Below the pieces are notes generated by a model. The model searched no databases. It worked only from the letters and a program-made list of their open reading frames with translations, and was not told the origin of the DNA. This document shows positions 1 through 7,934 of a stretch of DNA of 64,000 nt, piece by piece. The DNA is from Candidatus Thorarchaeota archaeon. GTDB lineage: Archaea > Asgardarchaeota > Thorarchaeia > Thorarchaeales > Thorarchaeaceae. The stretch's first letter is position 1, and each line of letters opens with the position of its first letter. The position numbers and the translations under genes were made by a program. The stretch spans positions 106 to 64,105 of the forward strand of contig SDNZ01000002.1 of the NCBI GenBank assembly GCA_004524565.1, given 5' to 3'.

Positions 1-659
1 ACTTTCTTTCCCTTACCATGTGATTCACTGAACTCTGCAACTCTTTCTAGAACCTGTTTGAAGGACTTCTGGTGCTCAGTAGGAATTGCTTCTCGTGCTT
101 CTGTAGCAGAGAAACCGTAGTCAAAACCGTCTCCAAAGAGACCATTCCAATCCCAGTGCGGTCTTGCAAATCCCTTTGGTCTTTTCCACTTCATAGATTG
201 CTCATGCAACTGTCCAATCACTCTTCCAAGAGACCTGAAGTGTTTCGGATGAGCATTTTGCAACAGTCTGCCCTCAGACCATCCAACAAGTGTGCTGTTC
301 CTCTTTGCTGGTACTTTGTAGTTTCCATCCGCAACTGTTAACCAATTGCCATCTAGATTTCTGATGGGTTTTGGAACTGAAATTCCATCTTGGCTTAACG
401 CATATAGCCACTCCATCTCAGAAGTGATGTATTTAGGTTTCATGTAATTTGGTTGGTGAAGTCTTAGTGCATATCTTCCCGGTTCGATATGTTTTGGTGA
501 TGAATCTCCTTTCCGAACAGTGACTCGATATAATCCATTCCCAGTATAGGTGATGAATTTGAGATTGTTAGATTCTAGTCCATAGCTTTCAAGAGCTATC
601 TTGGCTATATTCCTTAGGCGAATTAAAAATCCTCTATACGTTATCTGACGAGATGACAT
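1..659 (-). CDS. Kinase-like phosphotransferase (aminoglycoside-phosphotransferase / homoserine-kinase-II-like family), N-terminal part; C-terminus lies outside the window
   Basis: Minus-strand frame is open from ATG (complement of 657-659) to the window edge. It is absent from the ORF track because it has no in-window stop. My translation is MSSRQITYRGFLIRLRNIAKIALESYGLESNNLKFITYTGNGLYRVTVRKG...YALRLHQPNYM...EMEWLYALSQDGISVPKPI, which resembles the N-lobe of APH-type kinases. The catalytic motifs would be off-window. Confidence 0.5.
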   Translation of the reverse strand, partial: MSSRQITYRGFLIRLRNIAKIALESYGLESNNLKFITYTGNGLYRVTVRKGDSSPKHIEPGRYALRLHQPNYMKPKYITSEMEWLYALSQDGISVPKPIRNLDGNWLTVADGNYKVPAKRNSTLVGWSEGRLLQNAHPKHFRSLGRVIGQLHEQSMKWKRPKGFARPHWDWNGLFGDGFDYGFSATEAREAIPTEHQKSFKQVLERVAEFSESHGKGKK

Positions 660-767
660 AATAATCACATCTTTTCCTAATGTAGAATTCGGGAATCAAT
701 TTGTCATTCCAACTTATTCTATATAATTTACTTTTTCAACGCGAATTTCAGTCTGCTCCCTCTTTCA

Positions 768-1193
768 CTAATTGATTTTCTTTCTCATGATGAGTTTGAA
801 CGGTTGGTAGTCCAGGGTGTGCCACGTATCCCATCCCTGTTGATTGCTTCTCATCACATCAAGTTCAATCACATTTTTACCATTTTCTTTCGCTAATCGA
901 TAGACCTCTTCTTCCATCATTTTTGTGATGCCTTGTCTTCGAAACTCAGGCTTAACGTAGGCATCCATCAGAATAGCGATTTTTCCTTGTTTCAAGGTCA
1001 ATCCTATTGTTGCAACAATCTCTTTTTCCTTTTCAACAACTAGGAGTTTGTACCTCTCATCTTTCAGTTTCTGCCGCACATACTTCTCAAGTGGTTTCAC
1101 TGAGCCCTCAATCCCATGGATGTGCTTTCTGAGTTCAAAAAGCATCTCTGCAAGTTCGGGAGCATCAGATGTTTCTGCATTTCTTATTTTCAT
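768..1193 (-). CDS. GNAT-family N-acetyltransferase
   Basis: 141 aa. Acetyl-CoA-binding motif A-like segment VKPEFRRQGITKMMEEE. The size and beta-strand pattern (LLVVEKEKEIVATIGL) are typical of GNAT. Confidence 0.8.
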   Translation of the reverse strand: MKIRNAETSDAPELAEMLFELRKHIHGIEGSVKPLEKYVRQKLKDERYKLLVVEKEKEIVATIGLTLKQGKIAILMDAYVKPEFRRQGITKMMEEEVYRLAKENGKNVIELDVMRSNQQGWDTWHTLDYQPFKLIMRKKIN

Positions 1194-1305
1194 CTTCCAA
1201 ACTCCTATAGTTCAATTCAGTGATTTTGTGTTATAGCGCTTTTCTCTATGCGCAAGGTAATCTAATATTCAATGGAAGACGGACTGTATACAACGGTGTT
1301 ATACT

Positions 1306-2892
1306 TTGCAGAGCCATGCAATCCAAGCCATCCTTATTACTGACAAAGGTGGAAGTCCTCGGTTCTACATGCAACTCGATCCAAAGGCACTCAATATGGA
1401 TCCAGTGATGGCGTCAAGCTTCTTCGCAGCCATTGATATGTTCTCCAAAGAAGTCTTTGATGAGAAACAACAGGTATGCTATGTGGATTATGGGACACGT
1501 CTATTCACATTGATTAATGGAGTAAAGACAAATCTGATTGCAGTAAGTATGCTACATCTAAGTCAGGAAGTTATAGAAATTCTGGACTCATTATTAGCAG
1601 AATTTGAACTTGATTGGCTTGAAGTCGTTGACCCATTCGAGTACAATTTTGATTCTTCATTTGTTGATGTATATTTAGAGTCTTTTGGAGAACGGGTTAT
1701 GGGCAGGTTGTCACTTACACTCCTAGCTGATTCATGGGTTCCGTATTTTACTATTCAACCCGAACGTATCAAATCTGTAGAGAGTATTCTCCTCAATTAT
1801 ATAAATGGCTCAAGCAGTGTGAAAGAGATAATTGAAGTGAGCAATTTATCAAGAAGGGAGGTTGCCTTAGATTTATCAAAACTCTGGGCTCATAGGGTCG
1901 TACGATTTCGAAATATGTTCAGCTTCAATGACTTCATGACCACTGGCACTCAATTCATTCGATATGTTCAAGCCACCTCAAATGAAACAAGAGACCTGCA
2001 GAATCTTCATCCTACAATGGCTGGAGTGATTCCACATTTAGCTGGATTGATTGATGGACGACGTACTGTTCGCGAAATACTAGCTGAGCTTGGGACGCGT
2101 CATGATGAAAGTGAATTACTTCGAGCATTGGACTATCTCATAGAAGTAGGAGTTATTCAAGCCCTCACACCAGAAAAAAGGAGAATCCTTCTTGTCAAAG
2201 AATCTCTTGAGCTGGCTGTTCGAGTAGCTGAAGGAACCTACAACAAAGCTGAAGCTACAAATGCGCTTCGCCATGTATTGAAGAAGACTAGTGCACCAGA
2301 AATTCTAAGTCAGTTGCAATTAAAGGAAGACAAGTGGGCAGTTGATTTTGATTTTAAGATACTCGAAGGTCTAGATAAACGACGGTTAATGCTACTATAC
2401 GGGGAATGGATGAAAGTCTTAGCACAATTTGTACAAGTATTGAACCCTTCAAGACTTGAACTCTTCATCAAGAATCTAACCACAGTATATGCTCAACGCA
2501 TTGTCAAACGATACTCCGCTATGGATTTGCGCGGCTTTGAGGAGTTCTCGTACTGGCTTGAAATTTTGAGCACTCCAACAAAACCACATGTTGGTGCTGT
2601 GCAAACGAGTCACCTCCACATAGCATGGTCAAATGCTATGGAAGAGCTAGCTTATCTTCTTGTGACAAGAGGTCATATTATTTACAAATCTGAGAGTATA
2701 ACTCAGATTCGCTCTGCATCTGGGACTCCCCTAATTGATCTTCTCCCTGAGGAATGGGTTGGTAGAGACCATGTCGAAACTTTTGAGCGTGTTATGGTTG
2801 AATACTCTAAACTCGGTCCTGCTGCTATACTGACTCTGCTCATCTTGGCAACACAACGAGCTATACTGTTACCACAGGAACTGATTATCTGA
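1306..2892 (+). CDS. Uncharacterised 528-aa protein with a longin/roadblock-like N-terminal domain and two winged-helix-like repeats; putative partner or regulator of the downstream small GTPase
   Basis: TTG start. The N-terminus AILITDKGGSPRFYMQLD...DPVMASSFFAAIDMFSKEVF...TNLIAVSM has the strand-helix pattern of longin/roadblock folds. Two internal repeats share the motif I(N/D)G..(S/T)V(K/R)EI...L..L: INGSSSVKEIIEVSNLSRREVALDLSKL and IDGRRTVREILAELGTRHDESELLRALDYLIEVGVI. The gene ends 78 nt before the GTPase gene on the same strand. The fold assignment is by eye only. Confidence 0.55.
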   Translation: MQSHAIQAILITDKGGSPRFYMQLDPKALNMDPVMASSFFAAIDMFSKEVFDEKQQVCYVDYGTRLFTLINGVKTNLIAVSMLHLSQEVIEILDSLLAEFELDWLEVVDPFEYNFDSSFVDVYLESFGERVMGRLSLTLLADSWVPYFTIQPERIKSVESILLNYINGSSSVKEIIEVSNLSRREVALDLSKLWAHRVVRFRNMFSFNDFMTTGTQFIRYVQATSNETRDLQNLHPTMAGVIPHLAGLIDGRRTVREILAELGTRHDESELLRALDYLIEVGVIQALTPEKRRILLVKESLELAVRVAEGTYNKAEATNALRHVLKKTSAPEILSQLQLKEDKWAVDFDFKILEGLDKRRLMLLYGEWMKVLAQFVQVLNPSRLELFIKNLTTVYAQRIVKRYSAMDLRGFEEFSYWLEILSTPTKPHVGAVQTSHLHIAWSNAMEELAYLLVTRGHIIYKSESITQIRSASGTPLIDLLPEEWVGRDHVETFERVMVEYSKLGPAAILTLLILATQRAILLPQELII

Positions 2893-2970
2893 TAGGAAAC
2901 TAATGGAACTTCCATCTCAAGAACTGTTATCTTGGATTTTGATATGCACACGTACGTAAGGTGATACTTT

Positions 2971-3483
2971 ATGCCAACCTATCTTCTCAAAATAGTCACA
3001 GTTGGAGCAGCTTCCGTCGGTAAGACCAGTATCATAATTCGATACTCATCTGGTACTTTCCGTGAACACTATTCACCAACCCTTGGTGTAGGTTTTGCAT
3101 ACAAGAAGATGGCTCTTGGCAAAGATAACGTGAACCTGCAAATTTGGGATTTAGGTTCTCAGGACTTTCTTGAGCGTACTCGTCAGAATTACTACTTGGG
3201 AGCTCAAGGTGCTATGTTCATGTATGATGTTACTTCTTGGGAATCATTCAATGACGTTATCGAATGGAAGAAAGAGGTCGATCGGAATTTGGATGATTAC
3301 CGTGCTATTTTAGTCGCTAACAAAGTTGATCTTGCGATGGATCGGGTCGTTTCTGCAGAGGAAGGACAACGGGTTGCTGACCAGATGGGCATTCCACATG
3401 TCGAAGTTTCAGTTAGACTTGATAAGAATGTAAATGATGCATTCGGAATGCTTGCCCAGAGCATAATTGATGCATTTAGCTAA
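2971..3483 (+). CDS. Small Ras-superfamily GTPase, Rab-like
   Basis: 170 aa. G1 is GAASVGKTS, switch I is YSPTLGVGF (Rab-like TIGxDF), G3 region is WDLGSQ (atypical versus DTAGQ), G4 is NKVD and G5-like is EVSVR. SD-like AAGGTGA sits 8 nt upstream of the ATG. There is no C-terminal Cys, so no CaaX or CC prenylation signal. Confidence 0.9.
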   Translation: MPTYLLKIVTVGAASVGKTSIIIRYSSGTFREHYSPTLGVGFAYKKMALGKDNVNLQIWDLGSQDFLERTRQNYYLGAQGAMFMYDVTSWESFNDVIEWKKEVDRNLDDYRAILVANKVDLAMDRVVSAEEGQRVADQMGIPHVEVSVRLDKNVNDAFGMLAQSIIDAFS

Positions 3484-3487
3484 ACAG

Positions 3488-4696
3488 TCAAAGGTAGAGA
3501 ACATCCTCAATTCCAGTTGTCAAGCGTTTAGCCTTTCCTTTGGTCACCGCATAGTCATTCTCGATTCGGACTCCACCTATCGATTCGAGGTAGACTCCAG
3601 GTTCGATTGCCATAACATTACCTTCAGCATAGAGATCTTGTCGGCTATAGGTACTTGGTAGTTCATGAACATCGAGGCCAATTCCATGACCGAGACCATG
3701 GGTCATTCCGTCTTTTGCATCAGGATTGAGCCTTCTTGAGTCAAATCCATGCTTCTTAAGAGTCTTGTAACATGCCATATTGACATCATCTATGATAGCA
3801 CCAGCTGTAAGCGCGTCAACTGTTGAATTAGCAGCATCCTCTACTGCTTCGAACATCTCACGGACTCTTTCTGGTACAGGACCCTTCACAAAGGTACGCG
3901 TCACATCAGCAATGTATCGTTCCTGTTTCAATCGTGGGAATACATCCATGATGATTGGAACCTCACTCTTGAGCTTGTCTTCAGCAACTCCGAGATAGTG
4001 CCAATCAAAGGCTCTCTCTCCAACAGCAAGAATCACATCCTCCGCAGACTCTGCACCTCTGTCTAAGAGGAAATGGTCAAGTGCGCTCTTTACCTTACCA
4101 ACGGTAAGAGGTTCGCCTCTATGCATCAGTACATTATTTGCACCGATATCGCTATCTTTGACCATCTCTATGATATGACTGATTGCATCTATGGTAGCAT
4201 CTCCTGCCTTTTTGATAATCCCAATCTCTTTTGCGGATTTTGTAGCACGTGCCTCTAATACAAGGTCTCTCACGACTTTGATTTCATATCCCATTTTCTG
4301 AAGCATGACCAAGTGGCTTGCAGGAAACTCATCTGGAACTCCCAGAATCTCTCCGGAGAATTGTTTCTTGAGGAGGTCCTCATAGTCTCTATCCTTATTA
4401 TCCCGGATTTTCTTATTCTCCCTTAGCAGCTGAAGATGAACTTCGGAAAGGTCATGAGTTTTCTTGATGAAACTCTCTTTCTTGACACGTTCAACTGCTA
4501 GGAACGATGAAGCAACGAGAGGTTCTTCTCCCTTGTTTTTCAGATAGGTTATTTGATCCGAGGATCGAAATCCCGTCAACCAGTATATGTTTGGGTTTTC
4601 GAATGCATTACCAAATGTCAGTAGTGCGTCAATTCCATATTGTTCCATAAGTGGATCGAGATTGTCATGCATTGAATTCGCCTTATTTTCGGACAC
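3488..4696 (-). CDS. M24-family Xaa-Pro aminopeptidase/dipeptidase
   Basis: 402 aa. Pita-bread metal-ligand region MTHGLGHGIGLDVHELP and ...AIEPGVY...GGVRIEND, with a creatinase-like N-terminal domain. Confidence 0.85.
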   Translation of the reverse strand: MSENKANSMHDNLDPLMEQYGIDALLTFGNAFENPNIYWLTGFRSSDQITYLKNKGEEPLVASSFLAVERVKKESFIKKTHDLSEVHLQLLRENKKIRDNKDRDYEDLLKKQFSGEILGVPDEFPASHLVMLQKMGYEIKVVRDLVLEARATKSAKEIGIIKKAGDATIDAISHIIEMVKDSDIGANNVLMHRGEPLTVGKVKSALDHFLLDRGAESAEDVILAVGERAFDWHYLGVAEDKLKSEVPIIMDVFPRLKQERYIADVTRTFVKGPVPERVREMFEAVEDAANSTVDALTAGAIIDDVNMACYKTLKKHGFDSRRLNPDAKDGMTHGLGHGIGLDVHELPSTYSRQDLYAEGNVMAIEPGVYLESIGGVRIENDYAVTKGKAKRLTTGIEDVLYL

Positions 4697-4720
4697 CGCG
4701 TTGCACTGTAAAAGGCTTGT

Positions 4721-5617
4721 CTATTTCTCCAAGTATCCCCTCATCCTTCTTTCAACATCAAATCGGGATGGGAAACAGTATGGTCCTTTTGTTTCCACAT
4801 TGAAAGAGGAACAAGTAGCTGCAAAGAGACCTGCACGTTTCAGGTTTGATGACTTCATATATTCAAGAAGAAAACCTATCGAGTAGACATCACCACAACC
4901 TGTAGCATCTATTTCTGCATCTGCTATGACAAGTGGAATTTTAATCTGCTCATTTCTGGTATAGATTACTGATCCTCTTCTATCATGAGTTACCAAGACG
5001 ATCCTTGGGCCTAGGTCTAGTATCCGCGAAACTGCAGATAGTTCTGATTCTCCCTCAACGGTCATTTTCAACTCTGATTCATTGAACTTGACTACATCCA
5101 CAAGACCAAGTATCTCATCGCGTTCAATCCAGTTTCTTGGAACAACTATACCACTGCTATCGATTGCCCTTACGTATCCTTGAACATCAATGGATGTTAT
5201 TTCTGCGTTCGAACGAGCAAGTCTAATGCAATCGATATCAAGCTCATCCGCAGTCAACGGTGAGAAATGGATGACCTTTGCATCAAGATATTCGTCTGGG
5301 AATTCTTGTGGTGTGATCTTCTCTGCCTGTGCCTCTACAATCTGCACTCGGTTCCCTTCTGCATCATACTTGTTTACAAATCTTGTAGATTTAGTATCTG
5401 CTCTATGGAGACCTGCAAGAACCAGTCCTGAGGACTTCAAGATATCCCAGTACTCTTGTTCGAAATCATCACCGACTTTAGAAATAATCCCTGCATCAAA
5501 TGCATTGATGGCGGGTGCAAGCATCGCATATGCAGTGCCTCCTCCAAGTGCCTCCCGCTTAGAATTTGGTGTGATTATGAGGTCTCTACTGAGATGTCCA
5601 ACTACAACAATGTCCAT
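4721..5617 (-). CDS. PfkB-family carbohydrate/nucleoside kinase (ribokinase-like)
   Basis: Motifs GGGTAYA (N-terminal GG) and DATGCGDVY (the DTxGAGD anion-hole motif). The ORF track extends to 5632 (TTG). The ATG at 5617 (MDIVVVGH...) is the more likely start. Confidence 0.85.
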   Translation of the reverse strand: MDIVVVGHLSRDLIITPNSKREALGGGTAYAMLAPAINAFDAGIISKVGDDFEQEYWDILKSSGLVLAGLHRADTKSTRFVNKYDAEGNRVQIVEAQAEKITPQEFPDEYLDAKVIHFSPLTADELDIDCIRLARSNAEITSIDVQGYVRAIDSSGIVVPRNWIERDEILGLVDVVKFNESELKMTVEGESELSAVSRILDLGPRIVLVTHDRRGSVIYTRNEQIKIPLVIADAEIDATGCGDVYSIGFLLEYMKSSNLKRAGLFAATCSSFNVETKGPYCFPSRFDVERRMRGYLEK

Positions 5618-5716
5618 CAAAATCACTACCAATAATGTACTGCATCACAATTCACCAATACCCTTTAACTTCTATGTCCTTTGACTTACGGAACATAAGG
5701 GAATTGTTTTAATCAA

Positions 5717-6031
5717 ATGTGTGTAACTTACCCGATTGAGTGTGGAAATTTGGCTCGAGTGTTAGTGAAGTTTTTTGCCACCGTCAGAGAAGCAACAGGA
5801 GTAAAGAATATCGAGATGGATGCAGATACTATTCGAGAACTACTTGATTCACTTCAAGAGACTTTTGGAGTGCGCTTCACACAGACAGTTATTAATACAG
5901 ATACTGGAAATTTGAAACAGTTTTTTTCATGTATGGTAAATGGAAAACGCATCGAGCTATTGGATGGTTATGATACCAAATTAGTGGATAACGATGCAGT
6001 GGCTCTATTTCCTCCAGTAGGGGGTGGATGA
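5717..6031 (+). CDS. MoaD/ThiS-type ubiquitin-fold small protein ending in a Gly-Gly(-Gly) tail
   Basis: The core VLVKFFATVREATGVK...ELLDSL...VNGKRI...DNDAVALFPPVGGG is classic MoaD/SAMP-like with a C-terminal GG. A TATA-like TTTTAATC at about 5704-5712 suggests the real start is internal (TTG 5750 or GTG 5759). The stop overlaps the next gene. Confidence 0.7.
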   Translation: MCVTYPIECGNLARVLVKFFATVREATGVKNIEMDADTIRELLDSLQETFGVRFTQTVINTDTGNLKQFFSCMVNGKRIELLDGYDTKLVDNDAVALFPPVGGG

Positions 6032-7442
6032 GATGAGTAGTTCCCTAACATCCAAACACCGTAGGCAGACTGATAGTGGTCGAGTTGATTTGGTAGTCAG
6101 AAATGCCCGTCTTCTTTTAGAATCTGGAATGGTCCATGGAGGAATTGGTGTAGCTAACGGTGTAATCTCAGTTATAGCTACAGATGAACATCTTCCAGAT
6201 GCAGAAATCGTGATTGATGCGCAAAATAAGATAGTGATGCCTGGGCTCATAGATGCTCATGCTCACATAGATGATCCCACGATGCAATCACATGAGAGTT
6301 TCTCTTCAGGGTCTCGTGCAGCTGCAGGTGGTGGTGTCACAACCTTCGTTGATATGCCCTTGACAAATCAGGTAGATACAGTCAAGATGGTTGATGAGAA
6401 AATAGCTACTGGTGAGTCCAACTCCGTTGTTGATTTCGCTTTCTATGCGGGGATGATGAACGCGTATAACATTTCCAATATCCCCTCTTTGGTTGAGCAC
6501 GGTGTGGCGGCATTCAAAGCCTTCACCTGTGAGCCGTATCAAGCAAATGCTGGAGTCATCACGAAATGTCTTAGTGAGGTTTCTGAGGTGGGTGGGCATA
6601 TCACAATACATTCTGAAGACCAGGGAATTATTGATGAGTTCAGGAAAGATCTGGACGGTGATTGGGACGCACCAATCAGCCATTCACTAGCACGACCTAA
6701 CATCGCTGAACAACTTGCTATCCGACAAAACATATCCATTGCATCTCAGACTGGAGGTCACTTGCACATTGCTCATGTAACAACTCATGAAGGTATGAAC
6801 GAGATAGAACGAGGGAAATCACGTGGAGTGATGGTTACTACTGAAGTCTGTCCTCATCATTTGGTATTCTATAGAGATGAGATGAATCGCTTAGGACCCA
6901 AGAGCAAGATGAATCCACCTCTACGATCCAAACAGGACAGAGCTGCATTATGGTCCGCTCTACTGCGGGGGATGATCGATATTACAGTTAGTGATCATGC
7001 TCCCTGTCCAATTGAGAAGAAGGACACTGGTAAAGATGACATAAGGGAAGCGTGGTCTGGCGTCGATGGAATTCAGATGATTCTTCGAGTCCTTCTCTCT
7101 GAAGGGATCAACAAGGGTCGATTATCCTTCTCCAAATTACTTCGAGTTAGTTCTAGAAATCCTGCAAAATTATTCGGGCTCTATCCAAAGAAGGGTGTGA
7201 TTAGAATTGGTTCAGATGCAGATTTTGTAATTGTTGACCCAACCAAAGAAGAGAAAATTAACGAGGATATGATGTTTTCAAAATGTGGGTGGACCCTTTA
7301 CGATGGGATGACGATGATAGGCGCTCCTCAAATGACCTTTGTACGTGGAGTGCAGGTCTACGGAGATGGTAAGATCCTGGCAAAACCTGGCCATGGTAAA
7401 TTCCAGGCTATGGGGAGTGGAAACAAACCTCTAGGAGATTGA
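6024..7442 (+). CDS. Cyclic amidohydrolase (dihydroorotase / allantoinase / hydantoinase family)
   Basis: 472 aa. Metal-ligand motifs in family order: LIDAHAHI (HxH), AFKAF (carbamylated Lys), HSED, IAHVTT, VSDHAP. Substrate specificity cannot be resolved by eye. Confidence 0.8.
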   Translation: MDEMSSSLTSKHRRQTDSGRVDLVVRNARLLLESGMVHGGIGVANGVISVIATDEHLPDAEIVIDAQNKIVMPGLIDAHAHIDDPTMQSHESFSSGSRAAAGGGVTTFVDMPLTNQVDTVKMVDEKIATGESNSVVDFAFYAGMMNAYNISNIPSLVEHGVAAFKAFTCEPYQANAGVITKCLSEVSEVGGHITIHSEDQGIIDEFRKDLDGDWDAPISHSLARPNIAEQLAIRQNISIASQTGGHLHIAHVTTHEGMNEIERGKSRGVMVTTEVCPHHLVFYRDEMNRLGPKSKMNPPLRSKQDRAALWSALLRGMIDITVSDHAPCPIEKKDTGKDDIREAWSGVDGIQMILRVLLSEGINKGRLSFSKLLRVSSRNPAKLFGLYPKKGVIRIGSDADFVIVDPTKEEKINEDMMFSKCGWTLYDGMTMIGAPQMTFVRGVQVYGDGKILAKPGHGKFQAMGSGNKPLGD

Positions 7443-7445
7443 AGC

Positions 7446-7934
7446 ATGACTGAACTCAAATTTGTATTTGGAGACCCCGATGTCTGCTCTGGTTGTATGG
7501 TCTGTGTGAATGTTTGTAGTATGTATTACTCCAAAGTGATTGGTCCTACACGATCAAGAGTCCGAGTAGTACGAATTGAACCTGCTCTTGATTTTCCTTT
7601 ATTCTGCAGAAATTGTGAGGACGCCCCATGTATCGCAGCATGTCCCGAAGGTGCCCTCAGTAGAACTTCCAAGGGAATAGTGATAGTGAATAATAGAAAG
7701 TGCAACGGTACTGGCGCATGTGTTGCCGCTTGTCCGTACAATGCAATACACATACACCCTGATACTGGAAAAGCTATCAAATGTATTCAATGCGGGCAGT
7801 GTGTTGATAGATGTCCCGCAGATGCACTCTTCATAACAACTACTGCTGAATTAGCTGAGCGTGATAAAGAGGGGAGAATGATGGCACTCCATAATGAGCA
7901 CGAAGATGAGCTCTATGAGAAGGAGGCTATGTAA
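7446..7934 (+). CDS. 4Fe-4S ferredoxin-domain protein (AOR-associated electron-transfer subunit)
   Basis: 162 aa with several Cys clusters: CSGCMVCVNVC, CRNCEDAPCIAACP, CNGTGACVAACP, CIQCGQCVDRCP. The start lies 4 nt after the upstream stop, and its stop shares a base with the AOR start (TAATG). Confidence 0.85.
   Translation: MTELKFVFGDPDVCSGCMVCVNVCSMYYSKVIGPTRSRVRVVRIEPALDFPLFCRNCEDAPCIAACPEGALSRTSKGIVIVNNRKCNGTGACVAACPYNAIHIHPDTGKAIKCIQCGQCVDRCPADALFITTTAELAERDKEGRMMALHNEHEDELYEKEAM

Noticed and set aside
72-341. An 89-aa plus-strand ORF at the window start.
   Set aside because: It is antisense to the longer, motif-bearing kinase-like frame that runs off the window edge.
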